Below, piece by piece: positions 19,167-28,747 of a DNA stretch of 64,000 nucleotides (its first letter is position 1; each line of letters opens with the position of its first letter). The stretch covers positions 9,034 through 73,033 of the forward strand of contig CAYODQ010000003.1 of the NCBI GenBank assembly GCA_964402785.1, written 5' to 3'. A program made the translations under genes and the position numbers. This stretch comes from an uncultured Planctomycetia bacterium. GTDB taxonomy: Bacteria; Omnitrophota; Gorgyraeia; 2-02-FULL-51-18. Under the pieces are notes generated by a model that saw only the letters and a program-made list of their open reading frames with translations, did no database searches and had not been told where the DNA came from.

Positions 19167-19913
19167 GTGCATATGCAATTAGGGATGTTTCCTCCCGTGT
19201 ATCATACGATCTTTGAGTCTATCGCTTATTTCATTGGATTCAGATCTTTTTTAATGTTGCGAAAAAAAAGTGATCCGATCGAAGCCTCCCAAAGAAATTG
19301 GGTGACCGCAGGAGGCGTGCTGGGAGCGGCCATCGGCTCCAAACTGATCACCTGGCTCGATGACCCTTCTCTCTTTGTTCAAAATTTGTCTAATATTCAA
19401 ATGTTGCTCGCCGGCAAGGGGATCGTCGGAGCGCTCACCGGCGGCTGGCTGGGTGTGGAGATCACCAAAAAGCTCATCGGTTTGCGCGAAGCCACAGGCG
19501 ATCTTTTTGTGTTTCCGCTCATCATCGGTATTGTGATCGGAAGGATAGGTTGTTTTGTCACCGGATTCTATGATCACACCTACGGCACGCCGACACAGCT
19601 GCCTTGGGGATTTGATTTCGGTGATGGGATACTACGCCATCCGGCTCAACTCTACGAGATCCTATTTCTGGGCGGACTTTTTATTTTCATACGCGCTCGC
19701 ATGCGATCCGCCTACGTCCAAGGAGATATTTTTAGATTCTTCATGATCGGCTATTTGTCTTTTCGGTTCATGGTCGAGTTCATCAAACCTACGCCTCATA
19801 TTTATTGGGGGCTGGATACGGTACAGGTCATCGCACTCGTTTGCTTCTGGGTATGTCGCAGATCATTTCAACCCATGTTCACCTTTACGCCTCAAACCAA
19901 GAGAGCCATATGA
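19167..19913 (+). CDS. Prolipoprotein diacylglyceryl transferase (Lgt)-like protein, divergent
   Basis: GRIGCF, YGTPTQLPWG, RHPAQLYE, RFMVEFIK; multi-TM. Confidence 0.85.
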   Translation: MHMQLGMFPPVYHTIFESIAYFIGFRSFLMLRKKSDPIEASQRNWVTAGGVLGAAIGSKLITWLDDPSLFVQNLSNIQMLLAGKGIVGALTGGWLGVEITKKLIGLREATGDLFVFPLIIGIVIGRIGCFVTGFYDHTYGTPTQLPWGFDFGDGILRHPAQLYEILFLGGLFIFIRARMRSAYVQGDIFRFFMIGYLSFRFMVEFIKPTPHIYWGLDTVQVIALVCFWVCRRSFQPMFTFTPQTKRAI

Positions 19914-21301
19914 ACATCGCCGAGAGGCCTTATATTTTTTACGAGCTCACCAACAGCCTCTGCAGCCGCTGCCTCAAAAAAGTCGAGGCTAAGATCATCT
20001 TTGAGAACGAAAACGTCTATCTTCTTAAGAACTGTTTGGAACACAAGATCGAGAAAGTGCTCATCTCGACCGACATTGAATATTACAAGAAATGCCGCGC
20101 GTTCTTGAAGCCCGCCCAGCTGCCCAAGCGCTTCAACACCGCCACTGTGCATGGTTGTCCCTACGATTGTGGGCTGTGCCCCGATCACGAGCAGCATAGC
20201 TGCTTGACACTCATAGAGGTCACGGACCGCTGTAATCTCGAGTGCCCTATTTGCTACGCGGGCTCGTCTCCCTCAAGCGGCCGTCATCGGACACTGGATG
20301 AGATCGAATTCATGATGGATGAGCTTGTGAAAAACGAAGGCGAGCCGGATATTGTTCAGCTGAGCGGCGGTGAGCCGACTATCCATCCTCAATTTTTTGA
20401 GATCATGGATCTTGCAAAGCGAAAGCCCATCCGGCATCTCATGGTCAACTCCAATGGCGTGAAGATCTCCCAAGATCGCGAGTTCTGTAAAAAACTGGCT
20501 GGTTATATGCCGGGATTTGAAGTGTATCTTCAATTCGATAGTTTAGAGAAAAATCCTCTCGAAGAAATACGCGGGCTGGATCTGCGCTCGGTGCGGCTCA
20601 AAGCACTTGAACATCTGAATGAATTCAATATTTCTACCAATTTGGTGGTCACCGTCAAAAAAGGCCTCAATGACAAGGAGATCGGGAAGCTGATCGAGTT
20701 CGCGCTCAAACAGCGCTGTGTGCGCGGCATCACTTTTCAGCCCATACAGGCGGCCGGGCGGCTCGAGCAATTTGACCCGGCCAAAGATCGGCTGACCCTG
20801 GCGGAGGTGCGCCAGCAAATATTAAAACAATCTAAGGTTTTTAAACCCGAAGACATCATCCCCGTCCCCTGTCATCCCGATTGTATCGCCATGGCGTACG
20901 CACTCAAGATGGACGGAAAAGTGATCCCGCTCACGGGACTTATGGATCCGCAGGTTCTGCTCAAAGATTACCGAAATACCATTCTTTACGAACAGCAACC
21001 CAATATCAAATCCAAGGTATTTAGTTTATTTTCTCTGAATCATTCACCCAAGTCGACATCGCATGCGGTGCATGATCTCTTGTGTTGCCTGCCCAAGGTC
21101 AGCACCGACCAGAACCTGTCATATGATAATATTTTTAGGCTGACGATCATGGAATTCCTGGATCCTTATAATTTTGACGTGCGCTCGGTCAAGCGTGCTT
21201 GTGTCCACATCGCGCATCCGGATGGCAGAATAATTCCATTCGACACTTATAATATTTTTTATCGCGACAACAAAATCAACGTGACTTCACTGGCCCAATA
21301 A
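19910..21301 (+). CDS. Radical SAM protein of the Tes/GDGT-MAS (MJ0619)-like family
   Basis: N-terminal CSRC...CLEH, GCPYDCGLCPDH, CNLECPIC, GGEPT, CHPDC, CVH..PDGRIIPF..YN; ATGA overlap with the lgt-like gene. Confidence 0.85.
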   Translation: MNIAERPYIFYELTNSLCSRCLKKVEAKIIFENENVYLLKNCLEHKIEKVLISTDIEYYKKCRAFLKPAQLPKRFNTATVHGCPYDCGLCPDHEQHSCLTLIEVTDRCNLECPICYAGSSPSSGRHRTLDEIEFMMDELVKNEGEPDIVQLSGGEPTIHPQFFEIMDLAKRKPIRHLMVNSNGVKISQDREFCKKLAGYMPGFEVYLQFDSLEKNPLEEIRGLDLRSVRLKALEHLNEFNISTNLVVTVKKGLNDKEIGKLIEFALKQRCVRGITFQPIQAAGRLEQFDPAKDRLTLAEVRQQILKQSKVFKPEDIIPVPCHPDCIAMAYALKMDGKVIPLTGLMDPQVLLKDYRNTILYEQQPNIKSKVFSLFSLNHSPKSTSHAVHDLLCCLPKVSTDQNLSYDNIFRLTIMEFLDPYNFDVRSVKRACVHIAHPDGRIIPFDTYNIFYRDNKINVTSLAQ

Positions 21302-21313
21302 AAGCAGAAAAGG

Positions 21314-21727
21314 ATGATTATGGATAGCAGATGGATAAATGACCTGTTTACACGCTCAATATTACTGATCCCTGTTGCTATCGGATTTGGTTATGCATTT
21401 ATCTTGAGCAAGTTACCGGCCAAAAAGGAAGCCGGTGATGGCAAAGAAGTTAAAAGGGGTATCCTTTTGGTGCTCATGGGCCACATCACCGTCTTTGGCT
21501 TTTTTGCCCTCAGCAGCAGAGGCAATGAATTCATCCGCTCCATTACAGAGGCCATCAAAGCCTATTCAGCCTTTATTTTTCTAGCACAGCTGGCATACGT
21601 GATCCCCTTGCTTATCGCAGCCGCAGCCAAAGGCCGAGGCGGCATCATCAAAGGCGCCTTGATAGCCTCCAGCCTGACATTTTTATTATCCGTTGTTTCA
21701 TGTTTCGGACTTGGTGCTCTGAGATAA
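21314..21727 (+). CDS. Membrane protein (about 4 TM)
   Basis: Hydrophobic segments; 12 nt downstream of the rSAM gene. Confidence 0.65.
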   Translation: MIMDSRWINDLFTRSILLIPVAIGFGYAFILSKLPAKKEAGDGKEVKRGILLVLMGHITVFGFFALSSRGNEFIRSITEAIKAYSAFIFLAQLAYVIPLLIAAAAKGRGGIIKGALIASSLTFLLSVVSCFGLGALR

Positions 21728-21774
21728 ATCCAAAATGAATGGTATAATCAGCCTCTTCTGGAGGCTCTATCAAA

Positions 21775-22044
21775 GTGCATAAAATATTGCGCATCGTATT
21801 TCTGGTGGTGGCCTTATGCGCTTGTGTCCAGTCCCTGGGCATTGATGAGGCCTTTTGCTGTGATTCTGCCGGCGAAAGCGGCTGCCGAGATTGCGCCGCC
21901 TGTTCTCATCATCCATTGGCAGCATCAGAGATGTCCGGGGTAACACCAGAAGCTATTTCCGGCGATCGTCTTTTTGCGAAGTATTCTTTTCAGTATTCAC
22001 AATTTGTCCCTCTGCAGATCCTCCGCCCTCCGATTCACGCCTAA
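21775..22044 (+). CDS. DUF2946/CruR/CutF-like metal-responsive leader peptide
   Basis: Signal peptide, CC..CRDCAACSHH, C-terminal ILRPPIHA; directly upstream of the metal uptake genes. Confidence 0.7.
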   Translation: MHKILRIVFLVVALCACVQSLGIDEAFCCDSAGESGCRDCAACSHHPLAASEMSGVTPEAISGDRLFAKYSFQYSQFVPLQILRPPIHA

Positions 22045-22094
22045 AATTTTATTCCGTTTTATTTGATTCGTTATTCTTAATTCAAGGAGTCTCT

Positions 22095-23273
22095 ATGAAA
22101 CTGTTGTTTATTGGGCTGATGCTATTACTTGGGACGTCGTCACCAGCGAAAGCCGAGCCGGATCTGGCATCCCAAGTGGAAGATCTAAAAAAGATCGTCT
22201 CGGAGCTGCAACAAACAGTCGTGCGACAGCAAACCGAGATCGATGCCCTCAAGTCGAAGCAACCTGCCATCGAGCCTGTCGCGGCAACTCCATCAGCCGC
22301 GGTGGGGCCGCCAGGATCCGCCACTCGTGGGCGCTGGAATCCAGACATTGGTGTCATTGCCGACACGGTGCTCAAGTTGGATAGCGCCAAAACCGACACA
22401 GGTGGATCGGATCGTATCAGTGTCCGTGAACTGGAGCTGGTGATGGGCAGCGCTGTGGATCCGTATTCGCGCTTTGATGCGAGTATCGGCTTCACGGATC
22501 TGGAGGAGGTTGAGTTGTCTGAAGCGTATCTTACGCGGTACGGCTTGCCGCTGGGAGCTACGGCGCGTATCGGGCGATTTAATCTTAAGGCCGGAAAATC
22601 ACTGGCTGCACACCGGGATATCATCGAAACTGTGGACTATCCACTCGTGATCCGGCGCTATTTTGGCGAAGATGGTTTGCATAAAACCGGCCTCGATCTG
22701 ACGGCGCCTCTGGATCTGCCTGTAGACTCTGCACACGAGATCGTTGTGGGTGTCACCGAAGGCGGCAGCGGTGAAGGCGGCCTCGCGTTCGGAGATACCC
22801 GCAGACGACCCACGTTTTACAGTCATCTGCGGAATTTCTGGGATGTGAATGATGTGACCACTTTTGAGCTGGGAGCTACCCATATGGCGGGCTCGGAGGA
22901 TGCGGATAGCGCCTTTGAAACCAACATCGGAGGGCTGGACGGGACATTTCTTTATTTGTATGGCCCGGATCAGCGGCTCAAACTTCAAAGCGAGTTGTTT
23001 TATTTGAACAATGACGAAGCGCCCGATGAAACGCTGTGGGGAATGTACACGATAGCCGATGTGCGTTTTCACAAGCAGTGGTCCACTGGTTTTCGGTATG
23101 ACCATGTCGATGACGACAATGGTTACACCGGATACGTGACCTTTCACCAGACGGAATTTGCTCGATGGCGCCTTCAGGCGACCCACACCGATATTGCAGA
23201 CGGAGAAGATGATAACCAGATCATGGTTCAAGGCATCTTCTCCATCGGCGAACACAAACATAAACTAGCATGA
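22095..23273 (+). CDS. Outer-membrane beta-barrel associated with metal uptake
   Basis: AAGGAG RBS, signal peptide, coiled coil, NPDIGVI, VDPYSR, His-rich C-terminus GEHKHK. Confidence 0.78.
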   Translation: MKLLFIGLMLLLGTSSPAKAEPDLASQVEDLKKIVSELQQTVVRQQTEIDALKSKQPAIEPVAATPSAAVGPPGSATRGRWNPDIGVIADTVLKLDSAKTDTGGSDRISVRELELVMGSAVDPYSRFDASIGFTDLEEVELSEAYLTRYGLPLGATARIGRFNLKAGKSLAAHRDIIETVDYPLVIRRYFGEDGLHKTGLDLTAPLDLPVDSAHEIVVGVTEGGSGEGGLAFGDTRRRPTFYSHLRNFWDVNDVTTFELGATHMAGSEDADSAFETNIGGLDGTFLYLYGPDQRLKLQSELFYLNNDEAPDETLWGMYTIADVRFHKQWSTGFRYDHVDDDNGYTGYVTFHQTEFARWRLQATHTDIADGEDDNQIMVQGIFSIGEHKHKLA

Positions 23274-24256
23274 GGAAAAAAATGAAAAATACGATCCGAT
23301 TATTGCTGATCCTGGGTATCTTGTGCAGCCCCGGCGAAACAGCTTATACACATGAAGGCCATGGACGTGAAGAAGTGCCGGCATACGAGGGACCCGTCCA
23401 AGCCATCAGTGGAAGAAAATTAAAAATCGTCGCCACGACCACGACATTTGCCAGCCTCGTACGAGCTATCGGCGGAGATGCGGTGGAAGTCAAAGCGATT
23501 TCACTTCCGAAATTCAACACGCATTTCTTTCAGCCAAAATTCAGTGATGTGCGGAATGTCCAAAAAGCGGATCTTTTTGTGCAAGCCGGACTGGATCATG
23601 AGCTATGGACAGAAGCCATCCTGGAAGCCGCCGGAAAACCCGATCTTTTCCGCGGAGCCGAGGGCAATATCCCGATGTCGGACGGGATCAAGCTTCTGGA
23701 TGTGCCGACAGGCCCTCTCTCGAGAGCCGAAGGTGATGTGCATATTTTTGGCAATCCACATATTTGGATGAGCCCTGAAAATGCGCGCATTATGGCGCTT
23801 AATTTGCTGGAGCGGCTCAAAAAACACAACCCCGAAAATGCGGCCTTGTATGAAGCCAATGCAAAAGCGTTTCTTGCTGAGCTGGATCAAAAAATTCCCA
23901 TGTGGAAACAAAAGGCAGCTGGCACCAGCGGTAAAGAAGTGGTTTCCTATCACAAAGATATCGCATACTTTGCGGATTTTCTCGGGATCAAGGCGCTGCG
24001 TTTTTATGAGCCCAAGCCCGGGATACCGCCCAGCCCGAAAGAGCTGATCTCGCTGGAAAAATACATCAAAGAAAATAGTATTAAAGCCTTGGTGCAGCCG
24101 GTTTATTACTCGCGCGAAGCCACGGATGCGCTAGCCAAACGGGCGGGCGCCAAAGTGTATATCATCTGTCAAAATGCCGGGGAGATCCCGGGAACGGATG
24201 ACTACATCAGTTTATTCGACTACAACGTAAACACTATCAGCGAGGCCTTGAAATAA
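23270..24256 (+). CDS. Zn/Mn ABC substrate-binding protein (ZnuA/TroA family)
   Basis: IVATTT, GDVH..GNPHIWM, YH..IAYF, EPKPGIPP. Confidence 0.92.
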   Translation: MRKKMKNTIRLLLILGILCSPGETAYTHEGHGREEVPAYEGPVQAISGRKLKIVATTTTFASLVRAIGGDAVEVKAISLPKFNTHFFQPKFSDVRNVQKADLFVQAGLDHELWTEAILEAAGKPDLFRGAEGNIPMSDGIKLLDVPTGPLSRAEGDVHIFGNPHIWMSPENARIMALNLLERLKKHNPENAALYEANAKAFLAELDQKIPMWKQKAAGTSGKEVVSYHKDIAYFADFLGIKALRFYEPKPGIPPSPKELISLEKYIKENSIKALVQPVYYSREATDALAKRAGAKVYIICQNAGEIPGTDDYISLFDYNVNTISEALK

Positions 24257-25072
24257 ATGACCGACTTTATCCAATTTATGATGTATCCGTTTTTGGCTTG
24301 TTTGATCTTGACCGGCATCCACACGTATCTGGGACAGCATGTGATCGAAAGACAGGTTATCTTCGTTGACCTGTCGCTTGCTCAAATCGCAGCCCTCGGG
24401 GCGAGCATTGCGCTGGTTCTGGGGCATGAGCTCAGCAGTCCTTTGTCATACTGGCTTTCTTTGGCCTTTACCATCATCGGTGCGCTGGTTTTCGCCTTTA
24501 GTCGATTCAAGAAACAGCTCATCCCGCAGGAAGCTGTGATCGGTGCGTCTTACGCAGTATCTGCGGCTTTGCTGATCCTGGTCTTAAGCCTTGCAGACGA
24601 GGGTGACGAGCATATTCGTGAAGCGCTGATCGGAAAACTACTGTTGGTCACGGACATGGAAGTATTGAAAATGTTTTTGATCTATGCCGCTATCGGTTTA
24701 TTTCACTATATTTTTCGGAAGAAATTCTTTCTGATATCCAAAGATCATGAAGAAGCCTCCAAGCACCTTAACGTGCGTCTGTGGGATTTTTTGTTCTACG
24801 TTTCCTTTGGCATCGTGGTCACAAGCTCGGTGAAAGTAGCTGGCGTCTTGTTGGTTTTTTCGTTTTTGGTGATCCCGGCATCCTGCTCGCTTATTTTTGC
24901 CCGCACGATCAAATCGCGGCTCATCGTCGGATGGGCGATCGGATTCTTGGCGAGTGCGGCTGGTATGGCGGCTTCGTACGTGTGGGATTTACCAACAGCT
25001 CCCACGGTCATATGTCTTCTGGGAGCGGTATTGTACGGTTCGATCTTTCTTAAACGCGGACATTCTCAATAA
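24257..25072 (+). CDS. Zn/Mn ABC permease (ZnuB family)
   Basis: IFVDLSLAQIAALG, SSVKVAGVLLVFSFLVIPA. Confidence 0.9.
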   Translation: MTDFIQFMMYPFLACLILTGIHTYLGQHVIERQVIFVDLSLAQIAALGASIALVLGHELSSPLSYWLSLAFTIIGALVFAFSRFKKQLIPQEAVIGASYAVSAALLILVLSLADEGDEHIREALIGKLLLVTDMEVLKMFLIYAAIGLFHYIFRKKFFLISKDHEEASKHLNVRLWDFLFYVSFGIVVTSSVKVAGVLLVFSFLVIPASCSLIFARTIKSRLIVGWAIGFLASAAGMAASYVWDLPTAPTVICLLGAVLYGSIFLKRGHSQ

Positions 25073-25102
25073 ACTGAGTCTGCACGGCGGTATGACGAGA
25101 TC

Positions 25103-26176
25103 TCACTTTGCTTTTTTATGGGTAAAAGCCGTCATGCCGCCGTCCAAAACTTGAACCTGTTTAAATCCAGCCTGCAATAAAATCTGCGCGGCTGTGTGAG
25201 CGCGTCCACCGGAGCGGCAAATCGTCACGATGGGCATATTCTTTTTCGCTTCCAAGTCATTCAATCTTTTGGATAATTGCGCCACGGGTATATTCAATAC
25301 CCCTTCGATGGATCCTAGCTCGCCTATCAGTTCGTCCGGGTCACGCACATCCAACAAAAATGGCGTTTTATTTTTGGCGATCTTGTCTTGTAAGTCCGCA
25401 CAGCTTATTTTGGTCACCATGATATCGTTGGCCCCAAGACTCATCGTGCCTTTGACTTCACACGCTGGCACATCCACTGGTATCCATGCCGCTTTGGGGT
25501 CGCGGGCACAGGAATAATTCGCCTTGAGCACATCTTTCATCCAATCCGCAGGCCCTAGCTTTAAATCTTGGATATAACGGATAAATTCTTCTTTGCTGCG
25601 AGCCTTAAGATGCGGGTTGGATACTTTTTGATGTTCGAGGCTGGACGGCACTCGGTGACGGTATTCATGTGCAGGATATACGACCAATGACCCCGGAAGA
25701 GATAAGATCTTTTGCAAACTGTCCCAATGTTCGGCAGGATCGCCGCCCGGCAGGTCATCGCGACCCGCCCCTCCGTCATCGAGAAACAGCGCATCCCCTG
25801 TCAAGATGCGATCCGAAAGCACTAAACTAATGGAATCTTTAGTATGCCCAGGGGTTTCAAGCACTTTCACCGGCACGTCCGCCAAACGTATCTTGTCACC
25901 GTCATGCAGGCGTATCGTGGGACATGCAGCAGCCGCTTTTGCCTGCATCAAATATTCGCAGTGGGTTTTGTCTTTGAGCGCCGCTGATCCCGAAATATGG
26001 TCGGCGTGTGTATGAGTGTCGACGATCTGCTTTAATTTTAAATTTTCCTTTTCGAGCATCTCTGCATAATCCTGCACATGGTCAAGTACAGGGTCTATGA
26101 TGGCGGCTTCGCGGGATCTTTCGTCTGCGATCAAATAAGTCCAGCAAGAATGAGGATTGAGCTGTCGAAATATCAT
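25103..26176 (-). CDS. Persulfide dioxygenase-like MBL hydrolase fused to rhodanese
   Basis: DTHTHADH, TPGHT, TGD, PAHEY; C-terminal CRSGGRA rhodanese loop. Confidence 0.9.
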   Translation of the reverse strand: MIFRQLNPHSCWTYLIADERSREAAIIDPVLDHVQDYAEMLEKENLKLKQIVDTHTHADHISGSAALKDKTHCEYLMQAKAAAACPTIRLHDGDKIRLADVPVKVLETPGHTKDSISLVLSDRILTGDALFLDDGGAGRDDLPGGDPAEHWDSLQKILSLPGSLVVYPAHEYRHRVPSSLEHQKVSNPHLKARSKEEFIRYIQDLKLGPADWMKDVLKANYSCARDPKAAWIPVDVPACEVKGTMSLGANDIMVTKISCADLQDKIAKNKTPFLLDVRDPDELIGELGSIEGVLNIPVAQLSKRLNDLEAKKNMPIVTICRSGGRAHTAAQILLQAGFKQVQVLDGGMTAFTHKKAK

Positions 26177-26194
26177 GAGTCCCCTCCTAGTTTT

Positions 26195-26941
26195 TTACAT
26201 CCATGTTTGCAACCCTACACACAACCCGGTGACGATGATCAGTAGGGCAAAAAGTTTAGCCAGTCGGGCCGAATCGATCTTATTCGAAAAATAAGATGAG
26301 AGTGCAGTCCCTGTCAGCATCGCCATTGCCATCAGCGCTAGATCAGTCGTCGAGATCGTCATTTGAGTATGATGAAAAAAGAAAGAAACGAGTGAATTGA
26401 TGCTGATGATCGCAAGCGATGTACCGATCGCTGCCTGCATTGAGCATTTGAGCAGAAATGCTAACACCGGTACGATCATAAAACCCCCTCCCACACCCAA
26501 AAAACCGGTCAATGCGCCCACAACAAAACCAGCCAAAAGACTAATATAGATGTTAGGCTTACAAATTCCGGTAACCAAGGTCGAGCAGCGCGAGACATTG
26601 CGTATCATATATACACCGATCAAGATCATGATACCGGCAAACGAACTCATGAGAAATTCATTGGATACTTGGTGTGTCCACTGCGAACCCAACGCTGATC
26701 CAGCAATACCCGATAGTGAAAAAAGCCCCACCAGATATGGCCGCACATCACCTTTTTTCCAATACCGAACACCTGCCCACGCACTGGTCAAAGATACCAA
26801 TAATAAAGAACCTGCAATAGCGTCTTTGGGAACCATGTGCGCTGCATAAACCAAAACCGGCACCGCCAATACCGATCCGCCGCCGCCAATGAGGCCAAGC
26901 GATAGACCCACCATCGCTAATAAAGCGATAGTCAGTACCAT
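26195..26941 (-). CDS. TauE/SafE family sulfite exporter
   Basis: Two GxxGxGG repeats (GLIGGGG, GFLGVGGG); about 8 TM. Confidence 0.9.
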   Translation of the reverse strand: MVLTIALLAMVGLSLGLIGGGGSVLAVPVLVYAAHMVPKDAIAGSLLLVSLTSAWAGVRYWKKGDVRPYLVGLFSLSGIAGSALGSQWTHQVSNEFLMSSFAGIMILIGVYMIRNVSRCSTLVTGICKPNIYISLLAGFVVGALTGFLGVGGGFMIVPVLAFLLKCSMQAAIGTSLAIISINSLVSFFFHHTQMTISTTDLALMAMAMLTGTALSSYFSNKIDSARLAKLFALLIIVTGLCVGLQTWM

Positions 26942-27462
26942 TATTGGTTCCAGGGCATCTTAGCTAGCACCATAGCCATGCCACAAGTGTTTGTGACAGC
27001 TGAGAAAATTAGCCCCGCAGCCACAAAAGCTGACAAGCCAATCCAGTAGGGATGCACGATGTAAGCTAGCACGATCCCCATTCCCACCAGAGTTCCTGCC
27101 GCACAGCGCACTTGGCGCTCCAGCGACCAGACCCGGGTCGAACCCTTGATAACGGGTTTGCCTGCAGACGCCCACGCACCCAAACCGCCCTCGATGACAC
27201 GCACATCCTTAAATCCAAACTTTTCCAATTTATCTGCCGCCTGGCAAGCCCGGTTACCGCTTCGGCACAACATGTACGTCGTCTTGGAGCGATCCAGTGC
27301 CGCAACTGCACTCTCAGTTAAACCGCTCAACGGGTAAAGCGCAAATCCCTCCACTCGCTCCGAGGCATACTCCGGCTTTTCTCGGACATCCAACATCTGT
27401 GCCGGCTTATCTTGGGACGCCTCGATCACAAACTGATCCACGCTGATCTTTTTCATCGTCAT
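26941..27462 (-). CDS. Rhodanese + DUF2892 (YgaP-like) membrane protein
   Basis: LDVRE, CRSGNRA, SLERQV, CGMAMVLAKMPWN. Confidence 0.92.
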   Translation of the reverse strand: MTMKKISVDQFVIEASQDKPAQMLDVREKPEYASERVEGFALYPLSGLTESAVAALDRSKTTYMLCRSGNRACQAADKLEKFGFKDVRVIEGGLGAWASAGKPVIKGSTRVWSLERQVRCAAGTLVGMGIVLAYIVHPYWIGLSAFVAAGLIFSAVTNTCGMAMVLAKMPWNQ

Positions 27463-27752
27463 TTCCCTCCATGCTGTCTAAGACAATTCAATACATTGAT
27501 CACATTACGGTAAGCGATCGTGTAGTACCGAAAGGTACCATCCCCCTTGCTCCGCACGATATGTTTGGATTTGAGTATGGCAAGATGTTTGGACATCGGT
27601 ACTTGTGCCAGACCCAGCTCCCGCATGAGCTCACTGACAGTCTTGGACTTCTTTTCCAAAGCCTCAACAATTCTCAGGCGATCTTTATGTGAGATCGCTT
27701 TGAGTATGACCGCTGCTTTTTGTATAGTCACCAGATCTATCTTTTTCATCAT
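27459..27752 (-). CDS. ArsR/SmtB family repressor
   Basis: LKAISH..RLRI..., SKHLAILK HTH; start set at the ATG behind GAGG. Confidence 0.9.
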   Translation of the reverse strand: MMKKIDLVTIQKAAVILKAISHKDRLRIVEALEKKSKTVSELMRELGLAQVPMSKHLAILKSKHIVRSKGDGTFRYYTIAYRNVINVLNCLRQHGGK

Positions 27753-27770
27753 GTCTTCCTCGATCAATAC

Positions 27771-27802
27771 TATATACCATTATATACCATTTTTGGTATA
27801 TA
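27771..27802. promoter_or_regulatory. Probable ArsR operator
   Basis: TATATACCAT twice, followed by inverted TGGTATATA, immediately upstream of arsR. Confidence 0.6.
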
Positions 27803-27823
27803 TAAATCAAAAAATGGGTGCTG

Positions 27824-28747
27824 TCAAGAGCCCCATCGGCCCAACACTTTTCGAGCCACCTGATATTTGAATTGATCCAGCCACAAGCCCGCTTTTGACG
27901 GCCAACGTCTGGCGAAGAAGTTCAGTCGCTGGTTGATCGTGCTGCCGAAAAACTGCTCGGCATGCCCCTTATGATTAAAATCAAAGCCCCATTTATTCTT
28001 GAGATAATCCAGGTTCGCCATGATCACTTTCATATCCCATTTCCATCGGAATATCTCAATGTCCTCGACGTCGGTCAGGCGCTCAGGATAATACAAATAG
28101 GCCTGCGACTTGGGCTCGAACATGATCTTACAGCCGTATTTGGCCAATGACAGCCCGGAATCGATCTCATTGAACTCCCGGATATTTTCGTCGTAAATAG
28201 GATATTTTCTTGCCGTCTCGGTAACCACTAGCTGACAGTGCACTTCTATATAATCACTTTCTTTGCGCTTAAGCTCGGTACTCTGAGCTACGCGATGATG
28301 CGCAAAGCGTATTTCCATGGTGATATATTTTTCTTTGCCATCGTCTGTATAAAAAAAGTCGCCTCCGGCGGTGTGTACCAGATTTTGTCTATCCAAAACC
28401 AGATTACCCACCATATCAGCGCCTGTTTCGATCTGACACTGCACCAAAGGCTCGTACCAGCCCGGGCGGACGTATACATCCGTATCGAGAAAAATGGTCA
28501 AACGTGTTTGAGACTCTTTGAGAGCCAAATTACGCGCTTGGGCAGTGTTGAGAAAATCAGGCTTTAGAATAAACTTCGCTTTGTGGCCAAACTCTTTCTT
28601 CAACTCCTGCTCCACCTTGGGCGGAACATGCCCCATGACGACCATCAAGTCGTACGGCTCGGGCGTGTGTTTGATCACATTACGCAGACACTTGGCCGCC
28701 GTCGAGAAACGATCGCGGGCGGTCATGACGATAGTTGTTTTTTCCAT
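27824..28747 (-). CDS. Family 2 glycosyltransferase-like protein
   Basis: TTIVMTARD, ARNLAL, FLDTD (DxD). Confidence 0.8.
   Translation of the reverse strand: MEKTTIVMTARDRFSTAAKCLRNVIKHTPEPYDLMVVMGHVPPKVEQELKKEFGHKAKFILKPDFLNTAQARNLALKESQTRLTIFLDTDVYVRPGWYEPLVQCQIETGADMVGNLVLDRQNLVHTAGGDFFYTDDGKEKYITMEIRFAHHRVAQSTELKRKESDYIEVHCQLVVTETARKYPIYDENIREFNEIDSGLSLAKYGCKIMFEPKSQAYLYYPERLTDVEDIEIFRWKWDMKVIMANLDYLKNKWGFDFNHKGHAEQFFGSTINQRLNFFARRWPSKAGLWLDQFKYQVARKVLGRWGS

Noticed and set aside
19805-19909. Extended start of the rSAM ORF
   Set aside because: Overlaps the lgt-like gene; the ATGA overlap at 19910 is more plausible.
18729-21301. Cys-rich peptide as a RiPP precursor for the nearby radical SAM enzyme
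   Set aside because: The rSAM looks Tes-like with no evident RRE/SPASM architecture, and a separate TATAAT promoter lies between them; not formally excluded.
21891-22094. Extended start of the OM protein
   Set aside because: Overlaps the leader peptide; the signal peptide and RBS begin at 22095.
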